From positions 3,348,001 to 3,412,000 of the forward strand of contig JAYWIR010000005.1 of the NCBI GenBank assembly GCA_036172245.1: DNA of 64,000 nucleotides, in the 5' to 3' direction. Shown one piece after another: positions 57,741 through 64,000 of the stretch. The position numbers and the translations under genes are program-made. Source of the stretch: Raillietiella orientalis (Eukaryota). The stretch's first letter is position 1. Each line of letters starts with the position of its first letter. The notes beneath the pieces were generated by a model. The model saw only the letters and a list, made by a program, of their open reading frames with translations. It made no database searches and was not told where the DNA came from.

Positions 57741-59186
57741 TCACCGGACTGGGTCGCCGGACCCACTGCCGCCGCAGCTCTCCTCCGCGTACCACCGCAT
57801 GGTGGCATTCACGCTGCTGACCAGCCGATCCCGGTACTCGTGCAACCGCCTGTCCTCCACGGAGGCACTCCGGACGCAGTCGTCGCCCCCGAACTCACAC
57901 GTCCGGTAGTGGTGGAGCAGGGCGACGTCGCAGGGGACGGCGAGCGTCCTGTAGCCATCCAGGAACTCCCACACGAAGTGGTTGCCCAGCTCCAGCGCCC
58001 TCTGCGGGACGACGACATACTTGGACCGGATGCGGTGCGGGTGGGGGTCCCTCGTCCGCCTCGTCTTTTTCAGGGAGTGCAGGTCGTGGGGGGGAGCCAG
58101 GGGGTCGTCGGGCCACTGAAGGTAGAAGAAGGCGTTCCGGAAGCTGAAGCTGCCGGCCTCCTCCTCCGCGCCCAGGCGCGGGAGGAGGGCCTTCAGGTCG
58201 GACTGGGTCCGGGGCACGATGAACTCGTCCACGTCCAGGACGGCCACGTGCGTGTAAGAGGACATGCTGCGGTAGAGACAGTCATTCAGGGAGGCAAAGA
58301 TTCCCTCGGTGCGGATCTCCTTCTGGGACTCCAGGTCCAGCTTCCAGGGCATCAAGCGGACGATGCCCTCCTCCACGAACTTGCGCAGCAGGCAGTCCAC
58401 CCGCCCGCCAACGGCGCTGTCGTACAGGATGAAGTGATCCACCCCCAGGATGAGATTGAGCTCCAGGAACTCCGCCATCCTGGTGACCTGGTCGTAGGAG
58501 TTGTACAAGGGTTTCACGCACGCGGCGATCCTGACCCCCGTGGAGGGGGGTCTTTTCGCCGGGACAGTGTCCTGGATGCGGAGCCTGTTGGAAGGACAGT
58601 CCGACTCCTTCCTGACGACGGAGACGCTCTCGGGGACCGCGCTTCTCTCAGGGTCACGCTCGAGGGGGCATAGCACGAAGGAGGCGCTGTACGGGAGACC
58701 CCAGTTCTCCCGGATGATCCTGACGGTCGCCGAGGCCACGACCGGGTTCCTCTCCGGAAAGAACAACAGGCACTTCACCTTGTCGCTGTTCTTTGTCTTG
58801 GTAACTGCGATGATGCGTATCACGGCGCGCTGGGACCTGGCGTCCAGGTACGCCGAGTACAGGAAGAACTTGTGCCCGGTGTTGGCGACCGGCGCCCACC
58901 GCCCGTCGGACTCGGCGGCCGCTGAACTGAGGTTCGGGCAGTCAAACCGCCGCCTGTCCAGGCGGGCCTCAAGGACCTTCGTCGTCTCGCCTCCGGAGAC
59001 TACGGACGCGAAGCGCGCCCCCGACTGGACCAGGCGCAGGAACCTCAGGTCTCTCCGGAGCCGACTCCAGCTCGCGTCCTGCGACGCGAGTCTCTCGACA
59101 GTGACTAGCAGCCCGATCAGGTAGATCGCTCCGAAGATGAGGTATAGCAGCAGCTTCCTGTTCTTGTCACTTCCAACGAGGTGCAT
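57741..59186 (-). CDS. Glycosyltransferase family 92 (GALT-1-like beta-1,4-galactosyltransferase-like), type II membrane protein, single coding exon, 481 aa
   Basis: N-terminal transmembrane anchor (LLLYLIFGAIYLIGLLV), FLYSAYLD, IAACVKPL, EFLELNLILGVDHFILY, LNDCLYR, DxD motif VLDVDEFIVPR, RSKYVVVP, GNHFVWE, LLHHYR. Confidence 0.92.
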   Translation of the reverse strand: MHLVGSDKNRKLLLYLIFGAIYLIGLLVTVERLASQDASWSRLRRDLRFLRLVQSGARFASVVSGGETTKVLEARLDRRRFDCPNLSSAAAESDGRWAPVANTGHKFFLYSAYLDARSQRAVIRIIAVTKTKNSDKVKCLLFFPERNPVVASATVRIIRENWGLPYSASFVLCPLERDPERSAVPESVSVVRKESDCPSNRLRIQDTVPAKRPPSTGVRIAACVKPLYNSYDQVTRMAEFLELNLILGVDHFILYDSAVGGRVDCLLRKFVEEGIVRLMPWKLDLESQKEIRTEGIFASLNDCLYRSMSSYTHVAVLDVDEFIVPRTQSDLKALLPRLGAEEEAGSFSFRNAFFYLQWPDDPLAPPHDLHSLKKTRRTRDPHPHRIRSKYVVVPQRALELGNHFVWEFLDGYRTLAVPCDVALLHHYRTCEFGGDDCVRSASVEDRRLHEYRDRLVSSVNATMRWYAEESCGGSGSGDPVR

Positions 59187-59189
59187 ATC

Positions 59190-59221
59190 GGGGGTGGGGG
59201 TGGGGGTCTAGTGGGGTGGGG
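59190..59221 (+). other. G-quadruplex-forming motif abutting the GT92 start codon (template strand)
   Basis: GGGGGTGGGGGTGGGGGTCTAGTGGGGTGGGG: five G-tracts of 4-5 nt. A second G-tract cluster lies at ~59361-59390. Confidence 0.6.
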
Positions 59222-61079
59222 ACCGTAACAAAGAGCACTCGGTCGTCTCTTCAGTTGCGAGCCAGTCGCCGAAGCCGGACGCGAGGTGGTGGCTGAAGGT
59301 GGGTGGCACCATAACCTTTTCTCGCGGATCGGGAAAACAAGAAAGAGCGAAAGGTGGGAAGGAGGGTGGGGGGGCGGGAGGGAGTGGGAGAGAAAAAACG
59401 TCCAACGCGTCGAAATTACACGTCACCCGGTGGCATGGCGGCAAGAAGTCGCGTCCGAGACTTTCAAGAGTGGCTCCTCACTTCACACTCGGCTCAGATT
59501 GGGGGGTCGGATGGTTCCCGCACAATTGGTTTGGGACCCGACGATCGGACAATTTCGAAGGTCCCACATGCCACTCGCGAAAGGAAGGCGCTCTCCATGG
59601 AGATCGATCCCAATCGTGTCCAGGAGCCTGCGCAGTGCGGCGTGCTTGTAGACGGACAGGCCTCGTCTCCAGAAAAAAGGAAGAACAATCATCCAGCTAC
59701 CGCGTTCTTTGCAGCGCGGAAATTCGGAGCGACGGAGCTTTTGAATCGTGCGCGAGGATGGTACGTGTACGTCGCCTTCCGTACTTGACCGAGGGGGAGA
59801 GAAAAAATCTCGCTTTTTCTCTGGAGAGACCTGGAAGCGGGGACTCGCGAAAGAGGGAAAGCGCGTGCGCCTTCTGAGCCCGTACAGTGCGTAGTGCACC
59901 CCTCAGGAGCGACACGGGTACGCAGCAGCAGCACGAAACCACGGGTTTCGGCTTTTCCTTCTCTTCAGAATGAGAATCTTCGCCAGCGACTTCGAAAGAT
60001 TCATTTGCGCGGATGGCGATAGAAGAGCTTTCCCTTCCGCGCTGTAAAGCCTATCAGCACAGCTGTGACGTCATAGGGACGGCACGCGATTATTAGGTAT
60101 GGCTATACACAGAGGGGAAAAAAATCTCCACATGTATGTGATCATGTATTTTTTGCTCCTCACACAACGATATGCGTCATACGTACGACACGAATATAAA
60201 GGCAAAAAAGGGAAAAACGAGCAATCCCGTGAAAACGAGCAATAACATATGAGGAAGATGATGATGCTGACGAATAGGAATGCATCAACACGGCTAGAGT
60301 TCATTGAAGACCTGTCAAGATGGGTGATGCCATCTACGACCTGAGCACCTTCTTCTGGGGTGTTCCTCACGTCCAGAGCGCCGAGTGCGCGTGGAGAAAG
60401 TCGCCATCCACTACAGTGTTGTGATCTGGAATCCACGTGAGGAAAACGGAGTCTCTCCAGGTGTTCGCGCGAAGTGTAGATGGAAACGCTGGCGTGTTTG
60501 CTGCACATACGTCCCGTCTTGTTCGGACAGTGGAAGGAAGGTCTCCGTTGTAGGCATTCTGGTGGAAGAGTCGAAAACGGCGGAGGGAAGCGAAGGAAAT
60601 CCCGGTGTCTGCATGCATCGATGGTGTAAAAAAAGCGTGCGTCACTTTATGGTTTGTGTCTGTGTGTGTTTTTCAGAAAAAGCAATTCTATTCTCACCAC
60701 AATTCTATGAGATTATGGAAACTTTCACAAATGTGTGTCAGAGGTATCAGAAACGACAATGGACGTCCCAAATGTAGGACGTTCCAAGACGTCCTACTTG
60801 AAATGCACCCGTAAAGAACAGCATTTTTTTTTTAAAAACAAAAAATCCAGTCTTCAGATTTCAGAGGAATTTTCGAAGAGACAGTGAGGCGACGATGGAT
60901 CTGAAGTCTCCATTCGGCAAACGAAACCCAAGTTCCCGCTTCCTGAATATGCAGCCATGTTTGTTCGCTTATGTATAGGAATGCAGGTCATTTGGAAGGA
61001 AGAAATTGAGAAAATTCAAAAGAAGCGGGCTTAGCAGCAGACGACTTGCCATCCAGGTGTAATGTTTTCCGGATGTTTG

Positions 61080-64000
61080 GGAGAAATTCCCTGCGCATCA
61101 TCCATCTCAAAACAAGGACTGTTATGTCGGGAAAGTCTCATGCTTCCCACAATATTCTTTCGCACAGTTTCCGAGGGGAGGATAGAGGACAGCTAGCAGC
61201 GCGTTCTTCCTGGAAGTGACGTCAAAGACAGGATGGAGTGGGTTCTTTCGAAAAGAAGCGCCCATGAAACGAATTTTTCAGTTTCTTGGAAAATTCCATG
61301 GTTGCAGTTTTGCTCACTGTTATAAAGGCGTTCGTTTGCGGGACACGGTGAACATTTTGCCTAATATGCCAAGTAGATACCAAAGCCCTTTTAGGCTCAC
61401 ATGAATTCAATAGTATCCTACTGGTAATTCAGCGCAATAAATATTTCTTCAGAAATGCTTGGACGGACTTTCGCGGAAATCCGTGAAGCCCATTCTACAC
61501 TAACATGAACGGTTGGAAAAATTCGGCTGGAACTGACCCTTTCTTTCACCTCTTTTCCCTCTTTTCAGATAGATGTTTACGGATGAAATCAGCTGGATTA
61601 ATAATGACTGGAGGGAAGATACAATGAAGTCATCACTTGCATGTTCTTCTGGTTTATTTTTCCAACGAAAATCGTTTCGATTGTATTTATACTGAGTACA
61701 AGTAGTATCTGTATCTAGTCATAGCCGGAGGAAGAATGACAAATTGAATCTTGTCATCTGCCAGCTCGTTTATTCTTCAGGGCGATACTTTCTTCAACGC
61801 ACTGTTTCGAGCTATGCATTGGAGTCCACGCGAAAACCACTTCCCTTTCATAATCAAGATTTCAACCCCTTTCTCTTCAAACTAACAGAATGGATGAAGT
61901 TCTTGAAGCCTCGTGGATCGTACATAGAACTGTACCCGTCGGATCCCTTCACATGAGACAATGAAAACTGGAGAGTTTCTGCGAAAGTCTCCGATTAAGG
62001 AGTGTGCGGATCCAACCACTCCTTTTTGGTACGTCGATTTTTTTTGTTCCTCCAGACGACAACAAATCGACCACAGAATGCTGAAAGCGGAAAATGAACT
62101 CTGCTTCGAGACGACCGAAAATGCGCTCCGTTTGTAACGGCGACCCTGTTGTCTCCTGACCGAGTTTGCCCTTCGGGTCGACCCAGGCGCCCTGCCATTC
62201 ACCGAAAGAGAATGAAACAACCTCAACGCAAAGGATCGTCGACAGGCACGTAATCTGCATGTTGTAAAAGGGTTGAGGAACCTGATCTGGAGTACCCATT
62301 CCATTCCTGAGGGACTATGGATGACTGCGCATGATTACAAAGGGTTGCAATGAGAGAGCAGCATCGATATTCTCAGCATTCCGTGACACTCCATCTTCGC
62401 CATCTCTTATGCGGGAACGTGCTTCCGATGGATTTTGCCAAGAAGCGGTGATTTTTTTTAACGAGCACTTCATAAGGATGAACACTGACGAAGCCATTTC
62501 TTAACGCTGATGGGGTGTCTGTTCGATTTTTCTTTCGAAAGTCCAATACTGGTAGAGCTGAATGGCCAGTGGGGTATAGTGGCAGGGCCCTCCATGATGA
62601 CCTACTGGATAGATTACGTAACAGCGAGGAAGAAACAAAACACACGGTGTAAAAAAAGAAAAAAAACGAAACTCTCTTCAGCTTCGAATATGTTTTTTTT
62701 TTTCGTACACCTCCCGCCACTTCATTTAGCAGTCGAAGTTCGGCGCGTTTGCTCTTACTCAGATTTCCCGCTTCACAGGCAAAGCTGTAAATCATGAAAG
62801 AGCATAAGATGGCTGATATCGGAGTGCAGAAATAGTTTTGCTGCTCGCCACAAAAATCTCTTTCTTCATGTGAATTCATGCTGAAAATCTCTTCGAGTGC
62901 AAAGGAGTCTCGAAAATAACCGCGCGTTTCCTTCGTGCTTGCGATGACAGATGCTGACTCGATCTTGGACTCGGGCACGTTTCAAAAGCACGCTTTCATC
63001 AGGCGAGACTTAGTTTCCATTTTTGAGATCCCCTTTGTATCATATCAGCAGATGACACGAATCAGAAGGGAAACCTACGCGTTGTGGAAGAAGCCATAGT
63101 AACGGTTTCCAGGGTATCCGGGCAGGAGAAATCATTCTCCTGTACTCTCACACCTTACACAGAATCTCATGTTCCATCACTTCTGCTCAAAGAAGAAGAA
63201 GAAGAAAAAAGGCAAATGCTTTGATTACATACAAGATGCAATGATGTCTGTCTGTCTTGACGTCTTCATTTGGACGCATTATCTAGGACAGTTTTGTAAG
63301 CAACAAAATAAGATTGAACGCTTCCACCCATTCTTTAAAGGTAAATTTGCCAACGGTACATTCCGAGTATATTAAAGACTAGTTGGAAGTAATGGAAAGG
63401 TACAGATGAGAGGCGAAAGGTGGACCTTGACACGTTCCACAGCTCGCATCAGATGCATCTGCAGGAGGTGCTCCGAATGCACTCCCCCTTCAGACAGCTC
63501 CTTCATCTCGTTGAACAGGAGATCGGAGAACAGCGTCCACACGACGTCATGGCGTTTCATTTTGCCAGGACGAAGCTTGGAACAGGAGGACACGTTCGTG
63601 TTCATTTAATACACGAAGAAACCCCGCTCCCTTCCATCGATTCTCATAATCTGAGTGGTACGCTTGCTTACTAACCAACTGGATGGAAGGATCAACTTGT
63701 TCTGGACAGGTTTTCGTGTCCTCCGCCTCTTCAATATGGCGTAAGTCCTGTGTGTTCTTCATGCCACTCAGAAACCAAAACACCTCCATTCTTTGATCCG
63801 ATCCACCTGCAAGAATTTCATCCCAAGTTTACAAGTGTGGATCAACTGGCAATCAGTGACACAAGAATGTGCTCCTCGGAATCAAGAAAATGCTTCAGAA
63901 GACATTGGAATTGGTGAAGAAGACGTCGGGACAGATTTCCAGAATCCGCCCCTCGGCAGCCTTTCCGCATTTCCAAAACAAGTTACTTCACATTCACTTG
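61080..64000 (+). mobile_element. Possible very decayed LINE-like remnant
   Basis: Weak motif traces in plausible order: SLRIIHLKTR (~61090, like an APE start) and KCFDYI...FKGKFANGTFRVY (63214-63372, cf. KAFD...SFLxxRTFRV). No intact ORF. Confidence 0.2.

Noticed and set aside
56683..59124. Long overlapping ORFs (191-444 aa) beside and antisense to GT92, including 57339-58673
   Set aside because: Expected shadow ORFs of GC-rich, high-GC3 sequence; low-complexity R/P/G/S translations without domains.

Overview
Eukaryotic (metazoan, probably non-insect arthropod by inference) genomic DNA, mostly AT-rich, with spliceosomal GT-AG introns that cluster at about 42-53 nt. By manual splicing I reconstruct five protein-coding genes. 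They are SNX17 (minus, 10819-12446), ANKRD54 (plus, 16354-20322), pumilio (plus, firm from 38596 to 45063, with probable N-terminal exons from 24979), a DeSI/PPPDE peptidase fused to a PUL-like helical domain (minus, 45361-52548), and an intronless GC-rich GT92 glycosyltransferase (minus, 57741-59186). The window ends carry faint motif traces of decayed non-LTR retrotransposons. I recognised no tRNA, rRNA, CRISPR or prokaryotic features. The most unusual signals are in pumilio. A 114-nt in-frame exon candidate, with a competing frameshifting acceptor, splits the conserved N-terminal cap of the RNA-binding domain. There are also further cassette and retainable micro-intron options, and a cluster of Pumilio-response elements in its own short 3' UTR, which faces a convergent gene. 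A near-perfect inverted copy of part of an SNX17 exon lies downstream of SNX17. All identifications rest on recalled family motifs and hand alignment; no database searches were run.
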